Shown here: positions 40,907 through 53,859 of the stretch, in pieces
Position numbering within the stretch: position 1 is the stretch's first letter
Layout of the letters: each line of letters starts with the position of its first letter
NCBI GenBank assembly: GCA_045837725.1
Contig: JBEWZL010000152.1
Coordinates: 496,001-560,000, forward strand
Direction: 5' to 3'
From: Vermamoeba vermiformis
Taxonomy: Eukaryota
Length of the DNA stretch: 64,000 nucleotides
Position numbers and translations under genes: made by a program
Notes under the pieces: model-generated
What the model saw: the letters and a program-made list of their open reading frames with translations, nothing else
Told to the model about the DNA's origin: nothing
The model's database searches: none

Positions 40907-41789
40907 ATGCAATCCGCTGACGGCAAGCGCAATCTGTTCATCTTCCCTCACAAGGGTTTCCGCTTCATGTTCTGCGAACTGTTAAGCAAGGTGCGTTACT
41001 AAAGAGCAATAGTCTCATATTCTTCAATATTTTATGTATTTTGCATACGTTTTCGTGCAAGTAAGCGAAAAATAATAGTCGTTGGTTATATACAATTTAC
41101 TTTTTTTAAATCCCAGCGCCGCTAACACGTATTAGATTGGAAATGTGAACTACACAAACGACAAAGAACTCGAAGAGTTGCAGAAGGAGGTTAATTACGC
41201 TACTCATATGTATACTGCTCACAACCACGATGAATCGACTTACTGGGCCGATCTTTTGAAAGAAAAAGAGCCTGAAGTCGTAGACAAATGGTTGAAGGAC
41301 CACAAGGAGCACGAACACGAGCTTCATGAGTTCGACAAGAACATTGCAAGCATCATCGCCGAGAAGAGCAACGAAAAACGAGCTGGCATGGTGGATTCGC
41401 TCTACCACAGCTTGGCAGAGTTCTTAATTGGCGATTTAGCACACATGCGAGAGGAGCAGACTATCATTAACGACTTGTACTTGAAGCATTATACTGTTGC
41501 CGAGATCGACAGGTTAGAAATGGAATTTGTGAAGCAGATGGATCCAAAACATTTGCAAGGCTTGACTCCTCTATTGATGCGTGCTCATAACCTCGATGGC
41601 CGTGCATTTCTCTTGGGTGCCATTAAGAACACCGGCGCTCCTCCCCAAGCCCTTCAAGGTATACTTGGTTTGCTCCGCTCGATCAACGTTCCCAATGACG
41701 AGATCACCGAGATTTTCACCCGCGTTGGTCTTTCTAATATTCTTACTGACTCCCTCCAACAAGGAGTGTCCGGTCTTGCTGTAAAATAA
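40907..41789 (+). CDS. Hemerythrin/HHE cation-binding domain protein (bacterial-like), 2 exons
   Basis: NLFIFPHKGFR, HNHDE, DHKEH and HMREE His/Glu metal-ligand pattern. Confidence 0.8.
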
Positions 41790-42073
41790 GAAAGCTTCAG
41801 GTTTTCGGAGCACCTATCTATAAAAGGAAAAGACCGTTTTTTGTAGCGTTCAGCACTCGCATTAATATTGAATTCTATGCTATATCAATTGCAACGTCTC
41901 AACAAAGACGAAAGGATCGCGATAGTGCTTTAATTTCAAAATTATCCAAGAAGATCAAGGTATCGGATTACGACCAATAATTAGGAAATCAATACCGTTT
42001 TGTATTTAATTAATTATCTATTTTTTTACGATTTCAAATTTTCGTTTGGAATCACAATAGTTATTTTTACAAA

Positions 42074-45000
42074 ATGTCGCTAATCAACGCCACAACGGCT
42101 TCTCCTAGAGCCATGAGTAGCCCGGAAATTCGCTCAGAATGGTTCCTAAACGTATCTGAGATCGTTTCGGCGAAAGACATCACGGTAAGCAGCATAACAA
42201 GCGAGATCTACTGGCGGAAGAGACTTTCTGACCTTTTTAAAATAGTCTCTCGCTTCGCTTTGGGAAGAAATATTCCCTAAGCAAGCTACTAAATGGACCA
42301 AGCACAGAAAAAGCACTCAAAATTTGGAGCCTATTTATAAAAAGTTAATCGAAAAATGCCGAACAGCGGTTCACGATCCGAAGGTAACAATAAAATCTTA
42401 AATATTTAAATCTAATGGCGAGGCTAAATGCACATAAAATAGCCAGATGCGAAAAATTTTCAAAATATTATCGAAAATTAAATCATTTTCGGTTGTCACT
42501 TCAGGGCGTATTTGAGACTAACACTTAGTACGAAATAGGCTGAACAAGAGCTCGATAAGATTATTTTAGAGACAGAAGATTTGTGCCTGTACGGTGTTGT
42601 TCGCGCCATCCACTTTCGCGTCCACTTGATTGAGCTCGACAAAGAAGTCGAGGAGGTCCGTATAATTACCCTCAATATTCACAATTGGCTAATTTTATCA
42701 CTCTAGGTCGAAGTGGTGCCACCAAAGGAGATGTCATTGCCCGACATTTTGGAGTCCAAGCTGATCTTGCAAAGTTACTTGGACTATTTGCGCAACAATG
42801 GACCGGACAAATTCGGAGAATTCGTCAACAACACCTTGCTGCGCTTAATTTCTACCGTGCACCCTAATGAGACCGAACGTACGACCAACTTGATGCACTA
42901 CACGAGCGTGTTGGAGAAGTACTTTGAGTGGAAGAAAGATTACCAGTCCATTCAAACACTGCACACTCGCTCAGCTGAGTACAAGATTCGTCGTGAGAAA
43001 CTCAATCAATTGCGACGAGCCATCAAAGCTGAAATCGAAGGATTATGGTACGTCCTATTCAATGCCGTATAGCATAGTATTAATTATGTTATATTTAATT
43101 AGGCAAAGCAATCAGTTGCGCAGAGATCCTATCCCTGTGCAAAGCGAGGCACGACGTATTTTGGAGCGCTATCGTGTCATCATCAAAGCGTTTCCGACCT
43201 TTGTCAAGTTCGTGAAGCACTTGGCTCGTGAAGCGTTCTGGCTGTATCAAGCTAGTGTGTACTGCCAATCCGAGAAGTGGAAGCGCACCTTTGAAGGCAT
43301 CTTCAAGACTGGTCGTGGCAGTCGTAACGACAAGCTGCGTGCCATCAAAAAAACTTTCACTGCCTTGGACATCCGCTTGACACCTCCTAGAATCGCCGCT
43401 CCGATCATTACTTTCGGTACTTGGAAGGGTATGCCGCTTTCGTTTTATTTATTGGCCAATAAATAACTAACACGTGGCTCAGGTGGTGACAGAGACGGTA
43501 ATCCATTCGTCGTTGCTTCATTCACAAATCAGACTTTCGTCGATCAAAAAGAGTTCGTGTTAGAACGATACATCAAGATTCTGCGTCACTTGATCGACAA
43601 GCTGACACCTTCAATTGACCACATTTCTGCTTCCGAAGAGTTGTTGAACTCCATTAAGAAAGATCAGAAATCGTTCCCTTATGTCAGTGACATCAAGCCG
43701 CATGAGCCTTACCGCTGCAAGATTAGATACATTCTGGAGAAGCTCGAAAACACGTTGACACGTGTCAAGGAAGTCAAGAAACGTGCCGGAGAAACTACCA
43801 AGCCATTGCTTGGTCAAACTCTTGTTGGTCCTTCGGGCTACAACAGCTCCTTACAATTGTTGAGCGATATCGACGTTATCTACAATTCCTTGGTGCAAAA
43901 CGGAGGCAAAGCTCAAGGTCGTAGCTCGGTGCAAGACATCAAGATTTTGGTCGAGACTTTCGGCTTTCACATGGCCTCCATTGATTTCCGTCAATTGAGC
44001 ACCAAGAACTCATCTGCGTTGAAGGAGTATTTGACCGCAATCAGTCACCCTCAAGCTGCTAAGTTCGACCAGTTGGACGAAAAAGAGAAGCAAGCAGCTC
44101 TCGTGTCATTGATTCGCTCGGAGTACATTGAAATGGACCCCTACGCAATCGCTTCACTGTCGAAGATTTCTCGTGACACGCTCGAGACCATGCTGATCTT
44201 TGCTGACGCTGCTCGAACTGATCCTAAGTAAGAATATCAATCTTCACTGCTTGTGCTGATCTAACTGTGTAACAGAACCACGGGCAAGTTCATTATCAGT
44301 ATGTGCCAGAATGCTAGTGACGTGCTGACCATGCTGATGTTAATGAAACTTGTCGGCATGTTGATCACCAAGGACGGTGAGATCTCTTCGTGCGATTACG
44401 ATGTCACTGGTCTGTTTGAGACTGTCGACGATCTCAAATCTGCTCCTCGTATTATTGAGGACTTGATGGCCATTGATTTCTACCGCGATTATGTGGTCAA
44501 GTTGCGTGGTGGCAAGCTCACCGTCATGATGGGCTACAGTGACAGCGTTCGTGACGGCAGCTCTTTGGCAGCTGACTCGCAAGTCATTCGCACCGCGTTG
44601 TCCTTGAGAAACCTAGAAGAGGAGTTGAACCGCAAGTACGACACGCAACCTCGCTTGGAGTTCATTTACTACCGTGGTCGTGGTGACACCATTCCAAGGT
44701 AAGCAAGTGCCACATTGAATAAAATAACATGGCGTTAACCTATCATCGTGCAGAGGCTTTGGTGGTTCAATTACGAAGGCCATTGGCTCACAGCTGATTA
44801 CTCGTCGTGCTGAGGATCACACCGAACAAAATCGTTACTTGCGTGTCTATGCTTCAGTCCCCAGCGCAGTACATCACTTCCACTCAGTCTACTCTGCGCA
44901 CATCTCGTCGCAAGTTAATGTAAGTCCAAATAGTTACTATCATTAGGGTAGGACTAATTGTTACGCTAGGAAATTAACTTTGACATCAATCGCTACCAAT

Positions 45001-46418
45001 CGTACTTTGAGTTCTTCGGCAAGATCTCGAACATTCACTGGAACTCCTTCGTGCGTGGCCCGGTTGGCAAGATCTACTTTGACATCTTGATCAAGTACAG
45101 CATTTTGCCGCACTTGCACAAGTCTCACTTTGCGTCACGCCCCATCGCTCGTGAAGGTAAAGCCACGTGCAATGATTGGTGCCTTCTTGTATTCGTCCTT
45201 TCTTTATTAACACGACGTTGCAGGTGACAAATACGACATCGACACGATTCGAGCTATTCCGTTCACTATGGACTTGGCGCAACTGCGCGAGTTCACCGTG
45301 GCTTACTACGGTACCGGCACTGCCTTCACCATTGGCGAACCCATTCTATCGTCAGGTGAGCGAGGTGCGCTGAAGTTGTTGCGTGAATTGGTCAATGGTG
45401 TGGACGGTAACGAGGCGCTCGAGCAGCTGTTGGAAGTCGACGACATTTTGGAGCGCGTTGAGCCGAAACTGGCCAAGCTTCTTCGCTTCTGTTTTGCAGC
45501 CGACTTGAGCTCGACAGACGGTAGAGCCAAGTTGATCGAGCGTGCCTTGGCTGTGAAAGACGAAGACACCTGGTTAGTGCAGATCATCGAGAAGTATAAC
45601 AGCAAGTATGAGGGAATTAATGAAATCGCGGGAATTTTGTTGGATTTGTTGGAAAAGGTAAGCTCATTTTACACTACTGTATCTGGACAACAGAACGACG
45701 AGTTTCAGACCTCGATCCGCTCTTTTCCAAATTTAGACACATTAACGCAATCTTGTCTACGAATCAATTTTAAATGGTGGATATTATATTATTACCTTAC
45801 TAACCTACCTCAAAGAAATTGACCGTGGTAGATGTGCTGCGCGAAATGTACCGCACATATCCGCCTTTCAGATACAGCATGGAAAACAAAGAAACGGCAC
45901 TTATTATTCGCAACAAGAAGGTAGTTGATGAATACACTAAAGAGGTAAGTTGAGTTTTGATTCGTTTTTAAAACGATCCGGATCATGATAGAAATTTGGG
46001 CAATGATTAATTTTTAACTATAGGCTTCTTCCGAAGAGAAAGCAGTATTGGATATGAGTGAACACGAGGCTCAACTCACTCGCGAATGGATTTTGAAAAT
46101 CTCCGAGCAACAAAGTACGTACACCCCAAGTAAACTGTACATTATTAATGCTATTATTTTTAAGCGCTTACGTCTAAAACACTCAAACAAGATTTTAACA
46201 GCAGCGAGTTATTCTTGTTGCATAAGATCCAAAGCAAGCTGATGCGCGAGTACCGTGCCACACTGGCTAAGAAGCAAGCTCTTTCGACTGACAAGACCTT
46301 AAAGCAAGAGCAAATCGAGCTCGAGCATAAGCAATTGCAGCGCACATTGGATAATTTGTCCGTTTACATCCAGATGACGATCCTCGCCGTAAGTGAGGCC
46401 CTCGGTTTTGGTGGATAA
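42074..46418 (+). CDS. ppc: Phosphoenolpyruvate carboxylase, divergent (multi-exon)
   Basis: STVHPNE, FGTWKGGDRDGNPFV, IDFRQ, GLFETVDDL, VMMGYSDS, GRGDTIPRG, TEQ, SRP, IRAIPF. Confidence 0.88.
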
Positions 46419-46642
46419 CCGCCCTTAATAAAAGGGTTTTGCGTTTACGCAAATTATTTATGAAAAGGATAGCTTGCATCGGAGCTCGAACCGACCAAGT
46501 CTAAAATTAGGACAAGATAAAAATCTCCGCTACCATTTTTGAAAGCAGGGCCCAGCATTATTTAATCGTAAAATTTTGATGTCGTTGTTCAACAAGACAC
46601 GAGTGTGCATATAATTATTACTCGGTTGCTTGGATATCGACA

Positions 46643-49600
46643 ATGACGAGCCTCAGTTCTCCCCCGTCCAGTCTGAAGAAGATGAGCTTTGTTGAAGGAA
46701 AAGGACCAGTTTCTTCAAAGACTTTATCTGTGCTTGGTAAAGTATGTTGCGGTATCAACATAGAAGCATAGCAATCAAATTAACCATTTTATTTGTTTAA
46801 ATTTGCTAACGTTATTTTTTTATGAATAAAAATTCGGATTTAGAACTCCGAAAAAATTGCATGAAAATGATTGCGCTAATATTTATATATAAATAGACGA
46901 TATCGCACAATATACAGGAAGGCACCGCTTTCACTCAAATCGAAAAGCCAGAGAAATTATATTTTACTGTGGATGAGTTTGGCTATATCGCAGGTTTTAC
47001 AGAGGCTAGCAAACGCGGAACCGCGAAAAAAACATTAAGATGCTTTTATGATTTAAAAGGAGCGAGTGTATCGGACAAGGTAATGTACCGAAGCCAAATT
47101 TCTTATGCAGTCCAGTAGCTGATCTCGGTCGGTTTTAGGACAAGAAAGTAACAATCAAATGCAAAAACGGACAAAAGGTTGTATTGGCCGATTTTTCCTC
47201 GTCGGCTGACGCTGGCTCTTGGAAAGAGGCTATTCAAAAATCGATTAAACAAGCGGATGCGCTTTCCAAAGAGACCTTTCAACTATCTTGGCCGCAAGAA
47301 TTGGACCCTTATCGTACGTACCAAATGCTAAGCGGACTTTCCGTCGGTTAGTGGAGCGCAATCCAGAATCTAACGAGTTCCACTTTAGTTCCTGCCTCAC
47401 ATGTTGACGATGTAAATATTATTGCAAACACTCCTATAGGTAAGCTCAAGTTAATTCAACTTCCTGATAACTTTTGGAGTAATCGAAATTTTACATCCCA
47501 CAGATCTCGAAGGAGTTCACTTAGAAGATTCATACGGCGCAAAAATTCGACTATTTGAGCTTACTCGACAACCTCGAGTATTCGTATTATTACGACACTT
47601 TGATTGGTAAGAGAATCACCGGATTTGCGTTTCCGGATCTTCCCTTTTGAACTCAGTGACCACTATGATATATCTAATCGAAATGGGTTATAATTATTGT
47701 ACCATTTATATTGCAATATGTTATTTGTTTATCGGCACTTGATTCTGCCAATTCACACGTCAATCTCGTCATTCGCTAAACAAACTAAATTTTATTTATA
47801 AAATTATAGCCTGCTATCTCGACGCTCGCTTCGTAACTTGACCAATCACGCCAGGTTATTCGAGCAAAAGTACGTAATAATAAAACGATTAATCAATGTT
47901 TGTGTGATCCCTAACGAAGATTTTGTGCACAGAGGTTTTGAGTTGACAGTCGTTGGGCTTGGCGGCAAAAAAGAAGCGAATGCATTGAAGCACGAATTCA
48001 AATTGCGTAAGTCAAGCGAGCGATAGCATTTTTACACTTGAAACTAACCCAAATTAGGAACTATTTACCGCGATGTGGATCTCACGTTATACCGTGCGTT
48101 GAGTCAACGACGAGGAGTGCGTTATGCATTGAACGATCAAACTAAAAATAATACGCTCAACGCATTGCAATCAGCGCTCTTGTTTGGTGCAACAATCCCC
48201 GACGAGTTTTTGTGAGTTAATAATTATTGTAAAAATCGTAGGATATTATCATAATTATTATAACAAGCCCACAACTCGGAGGATTATTTGTCTTCGTTAA
48301 TGAAACGATTTTATACGAGCAACGCGAACAATATGCCGGCGAAGATATGAATTTTGAAGCTGCAGTAGCGGTAAGTATCATTTTCAACGCGTATTATAGT
48401 AGAATGGGAGAATGGTATTAAATATTATCGCTATTTAGGCTTGCAAAGATTTTAATATCAAAACAAATCGTGACTTTTGGTCTTCACCCAAAGAAACAAC
48501 ACTGCAACAACGTAATTGGGACAAAATAATTGTACGTAGAGTATAATATGATTACAATAAGTTTTCTAATATTTTATAGCCAATGGATTACAATGAGCGC
48601 TGCGAAAAATCACCATTCGTGTTGGATCACAGTTTTTACAACTACGAATTGGGAGCACCTGATGTTCCCTATGAATCGGAACTGCGTATCGATAATTTAG
48701 AAGAGGACACGACATTTTATCGCTCTATTATGATGGAGCGCGAGCACTACAATTTTTTGGGCAAGAAGCGCGATGACCCCAATCTCGGGAATGCGTTCTT
48801 AATCTCGTACTTGCACGTGCCCCTGGAAGCTGATGAATTCTCTTCCAAGAAAGTAATATTCCGTGATAAGAAGGTAAGACAATTTCTTTTTTTGAGTGCT
48901 GATCTGACACTTTGCGTTCTTAGGGCAGCGTTAGATTTATAATACCGGACTCAGCAATCATGTCTGAGTCAGAGATCCTCGAGTACATTCTATTGCGCCA
49001 AAAAGTTATCAACGACAAGTCAGAGATTGAAAACTTGTCAATCGTGAAGATCACCGCTGACTCGATCAAAAAAGATTTGTGCAAGTTCGAGTCAATTTCG
49101 CTGTTCAAGAGCTACAAATTTGGTGTCATGTACATTGCTGCTGATCAAACCACGGAACAACAAATCTTATCGAACCGTATGTACTTGCTATACCACGATC
49201 CTACCGGCTCTTATTAACTAATTGTCCTCATAGAAAATCCAAGTCCCGATTTCTTTAACTTTATGAACGCACTTGCCGATCGTATCGAGCTGAAAGGCTT
49301 CACTGGTTATCGCGGTGGACTTGACGTGCTTCGTAAGTTATCGAGCCACATCTGAAAAGCTTGCTAACCTCTGGCTTGACAGATGAAACCACCGGCAAAG
49401 AATCATACTACACCGAGTACGCTGGTTTTGATATAATGTTCCACGTGGCTCCTTTCTTGCCTTTCAATCAAAATGACTCGCAACAACTGGAACGCAAACG
49501 TCACATTGGTAACGATGTGGTGGTGCTCATATTCAAAGAGGGCAATCAGAAATTTGATCCCAAAGTCATTCCTACCCAATTTAATCGTAAGTTAATTGTC

Positions 49601-50578
49601 GCTAAACTACTGCAAGCATTCTTCTTTATTAACATGGTATTAAGATGTGTATATAATCGTCGAAGAAGTGAAAGAAAAGAACGCATACAGGTAAAGAAGA
49701 GGAACACCGGTTCTTCTTTGTTAATTATTGCGTGCTAACAATTGCTTCCTAGACTGTCAATTTGTGCTCGTAAAGGTGTCGTTCCATTCGCACCATTTTT
49801 GGAAAACGATGCGCTGATTTACAAAAACGATCCCAATTTGCGCAATTTCATTTTGGCTAAACGTATGTGCAATAGTGGCTTAACGATATCAAGCAATACT
49901 AATCTTTGGCCTTTAGTGCTGAACTCTGAACGCGCCAGTTTGTTAGCTCATGTGTTCACTGACAAATTTGAACGAACACGCCGCGAACAATTAGAGCTGC
50001 TAATGGATGGATATTTTGACGAAGATAAGGCCTCTAAAGTATGTAGAGTATAATCAAAGACATTACGCGATATTAAAACATTGCTTCTATAGCTCAAAGT
50101 GGTTACCGCGAAGAAAAAGACAGTCCGACTCAGATCCAAGTCAACGGTAATTCATCTTTAGATCGCTTAGCAGTTGTACCTTATGAGCTAACTTTGCTTC
50201 ACGTTTAGAAAAAGAAGAACAAGAGCCATATCAACATTCAAGACGACTTTTTATCGCGTACCACAGACAGCCAGTCTTCGGCAGGCAGTTTTGAATCGCG
50301 CGACGATGATTTGAGTGAAACGGCCTCACAATTCAGTGAAGCAGACAGCGTAGCGCCGTTCACTGCCTGCGCTAATCGTGCGCAACAAGAAGTTCCCGAA
50401 GGACTTTGAGTTCATGCAGTACCACTCGTCGATGAGCCTCAACAAGCTGTCGAGTGAGATTGGCAAGTTGATGCGACAGCGAGTAGGCAGTCTTGAAGTG
50501 CAAGGTGTCGTATTGAGAACGGAACACATGGCTCTGTTACGCGACGGAGACACGTTAGATGCGGTGTTCAAAGATTAG
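46643..50578 (+). CDS. Rap/Ran-GAP domain protein with N-terminal PH-like region(s)
   Basis: EHYNFLG, YKFGVMY, LKGFTGYRGGLD, IMFHVAPFLP, QQLERKRHIGNDVVVLIF, LNSERA. Confidence 0.9.
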
Positions 50579-50761
50579 GCTTGTAGTGAGTAGCGAAACT
50601 TTGTAAAATAATATTGTTAGAAATAAACATAATTTACCTATGCATGCTCGGGAACCTTACCAGTAAATTTCGACTTCCTTCCGTCCAGATTCCGCTCCGT
50701 GACAAATATTTCATTTCCGCAATCATTGGTAAATTTAATCTTAATCAAACGTACGACTATA

Positions 50762-52626
50762 ATGCGCACTTGGGAATACGCACTGATATTTACATCCTTT
50801 TTGCATTTGCTATTCGGATCACCTGTCACTCTGATCAGCGTCGCTGCCTCTCTAGGTCTGCAGGTTTTTCTAGAATCTCACCGATGGCAATTATATCCTG
50901 TATATGCAGCATCGACGATGTTGCTTCTGACTGCCTTATTTACGTTCTCTGGTAAGCACTTACGAACAATTTTGCATTTAAAATTGAAAAGAATATTTTA
51001 AAAAATGCAGTTCTAACTTACAACGTAATGTAGCATCACCTGCGATTATTGTTAGAATATTCTCATTTTTGGGTGTTGCAATTTCTGCAGCTCTCGGATT
51101 TGTGCTTCCAGGTACGCACTTATCGCTTCTGTTTGCTTCAATTGCCTGCTAAAATATTTACATCGTACATTAGTGCCTAAAATTCCAAAACTTGAAAAGC
51201 CAGTTGGTACATTGGAACATACCATACTTCGCAGCACTGTGTAAGTATCAATTAACACATTATTCGTCATTATTCTATTTTTAACGGTCTTTAAATAGTA
51301 ACGACACGCAGTACACTCTACTCACGAATCTTACTAAAGACGTTCGAGTTCGGATCTGGTACCCTGCTAAGCAATCTAACTCAATGTAAGTTGCTGACGT
51401 TTTGAGCCTCGCATTCGATGTTGATTGTTTCACAGCCCCGCAGTATATCGTAATTATTACCCCGAAGGGTCCGTCGCACCCATGCTGAAGATTGGATTGA
51501 GCGACAAATTGCCGCAGTTCTTCGGCAGTCACTTTTACTTGATGAAGAGCAATGCTGCTTATGGCGCGCCAGTCTCGGAAGAACGCATGCACTGGCCCGT
51601 GCTGTTGATGTCGCACGGTCTCAAAGGGTATGTCGCACCCGTTGTTCGAAGTATTCAATCTTTAACGTAAATGCAGCATTCCAGAAACTTACATCACGCT
51701 CGGTGAGCAATTGGCGAGTGAAGGTTTTGTCGTGCGTATCTAAGTGCTGTTGAGTGTGTTATTTACAACTAATCCATTTGTTTCAGGTCGTAGCTCCCCA
51801 GCACACTGATGGCACGTCACCGATGAGTTATCAGAACACCAACACGACGCAAGAGATGCGCAACCAACAGCTCAATCGGCGATGTGAAGACATGCAACTG
51901 GTTGTTGACACGCTGAAGAAAGGTACGCGTATAAATCGAGCTGGATCACCGCTGACAAATAGCTGACGTGGCGATGATGTTAGGCGGCATTCCGTTGTTG
52001 AAAGATCACATCGATCTGCACGAGCTTGGCATCTGCGGCCATTCATTTGGAGGTGCTACAGCGGTCAAGTACGGGCAATTGAATCCCGATGTTAAAGCAC
52101 GAGTCAGCTGGGACGGTTGGATGCATCCGTTATTGCCCAAAGACTTGAAGACTCCCTGTGATGCTCCGATCATGTTCTTGAACAGCGAGTTGTATCAGTG
52201 GGAGGCTAATCTTGACGACATGAACACGATCTGTGCTCACACGAATGGCGGCGGCTATCTGTTGACGGTCAAGGGCACTTCGCACCACAACTGTAAGTTT
52301 GACAAGTGTGCTGCCGTAACAGTGCTAATGTATGTTGTTAGTCAATGACATCGCTCTTTATTCTCCAATTGTTACAAAGCAGTTGGCCAAGAAAGACAAA
52401 GGCTTTTTGGGTCCCATCGATCCGTAAGTATTCCGTTTGATCTTCGTTTCATATGTTTAAATTATGTTATTATAGTCTACACAGTTTAACCATTGCTTCA
52501 AAATCAACGGCCATGTTCTTCCACAGAAAATTTGCGCACCTTCGCGACAATTCAGTTGTGAAAAAGCTTGTTGAGTCCGATTTTGAGCACTTTCCGGAGG
52601 TGAATTATTCTTATTTGCATGGTTAA
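50762..52626 (+). CDS. PAF-acetylhydrolase-like alpha/beta hydrolase with N-terminal membrane segments
   Basis: RIWYPA, PVLLMSHGL, LASEGFVVVAPQHTDG, nucleophile GHSFGGATA, DGWMHPL, GTSHHN. Confidence 0.88.
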
Positions 52627-52766
52627 ATCTTTGTATGATTCTGTAGTTAAATGTCCGATCCAAAAATAGCCACAAAAATTCTCATTCGTTTCAACGAAAT
52701 TTTTTTCTTTTTGTTTTTACCAAAACGTTCGCAACGACAACGTTATTGTTATAATAGTTAGGTGCT

Positions 52767-53354
52767 ATGCAATATCATTTTTTGGTGTTTGTTATATTAT
52801 TTTCCGCAGTTTACTGCGAGTGGTTATACACGACGTTCTGCGGCAACCCGGATCTTTCTGGATTTGCAATTAATGGCAATTGCGTAGCACTAAATTCACA
52901 ACAAGATAGCTTTCGATATATTCAGTGCTTGGACGGTGTGAAAGCAGTTGAGTACAATTGCACCGATCCACTTTGTGCAAACTGCGAGAAGGTAGACACA
53001 TACAACATAAATGATTGTTACAAGAGCGGTATTTTCGATCTATTAACAAGGTGCTTCAATGAAGAGCCTAATTTTAACAAACTCGCTCGCCCAAATCACA
53101 CCGTAATCAAGCACTTTGTACCCAAGGCGAACTGTGGCTCAGAACCGTTGCACGCGGAGGTCTATCCCACAAACTTTTGCTTTGCCGGTCAGTCAGCATA
53201 TACTAGCATCCAATGCAGCAAAACAGCTTTTTATGCAGTCTCTTATTTCGACAACGATTGTGAAAGGAAATCAGACGAGATCCTCTTGCCTTTGAACAAG
53301 TGCCAAAACGGTACTTACATTGAATGCTTTGGAAAGATTGGCACTGAATTTTGA
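52767..53354 (+). CDS. Secreted cysteine-rich protein of unknown function (intronless)
   Basis: 195-aa ORF with signal peptide MQYHFLVFVILFSAVYC and two loosely similar Cys-rich halves. Confidence 0.7.
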   Translation: MQYHFLVFVILFSAVYCEWLYTTFCGNPDLSGFAINGNCVALNSQQDSFRYIQCLDGVKAVEYNCTDPLCANCEKVDTYNINDCYKSGIFDLLTRCFNEEPNFNKLARPNHTVIKHFVPKANCGSEPLHAEVYPTNFCFAGQSAYTSIQCSKTAFYAVSYFDNDCERKSDEILLPLNKCQNGTYIECFGKIGTEF

Positions 53355-53859
53355 ATTACCACTTGTCAACTTCTTAGCCGAGCGTTGAATCGCGTTCCAC
53401 AGCGCAACGTAGCCGTAAAATTATTATTGCTTGTAAATAATAAAATTAGAGTTTTATTGGAGTATTTAAGAATTACGATTTAATTCGTGTTTTCCCTACA
53501 AACAATACGAATCCGGATAAAACCGGATATAAAAATAATAATAACAACGGTGGTACACACAATACAAAATTTTCCGTTAAATATTCGATCTCGCTAGTTT
53601 TGCTAATGCACTGCAGGCAGCAAGATTTTATTCGTGATTTAACTCTAAAAAAAGGGATTGTTTGTTTTGGCACGAAGCCGAAAGTATTGGCACGTGCTCG
53701 AAAGTCGCCAGAAAGAGTTCAGATCCTTCTGTCGGTCAACCGAAGAACATTCTTCTCCGAAGAAGGCAAATCGCTCGAAGAAATTTCTACAGCGAACCTA
53801 AAATTTTGTACCTCGAACTGCTGCTGTCCTTTCATGTTCTTTTACTTGCACTGCAACAA

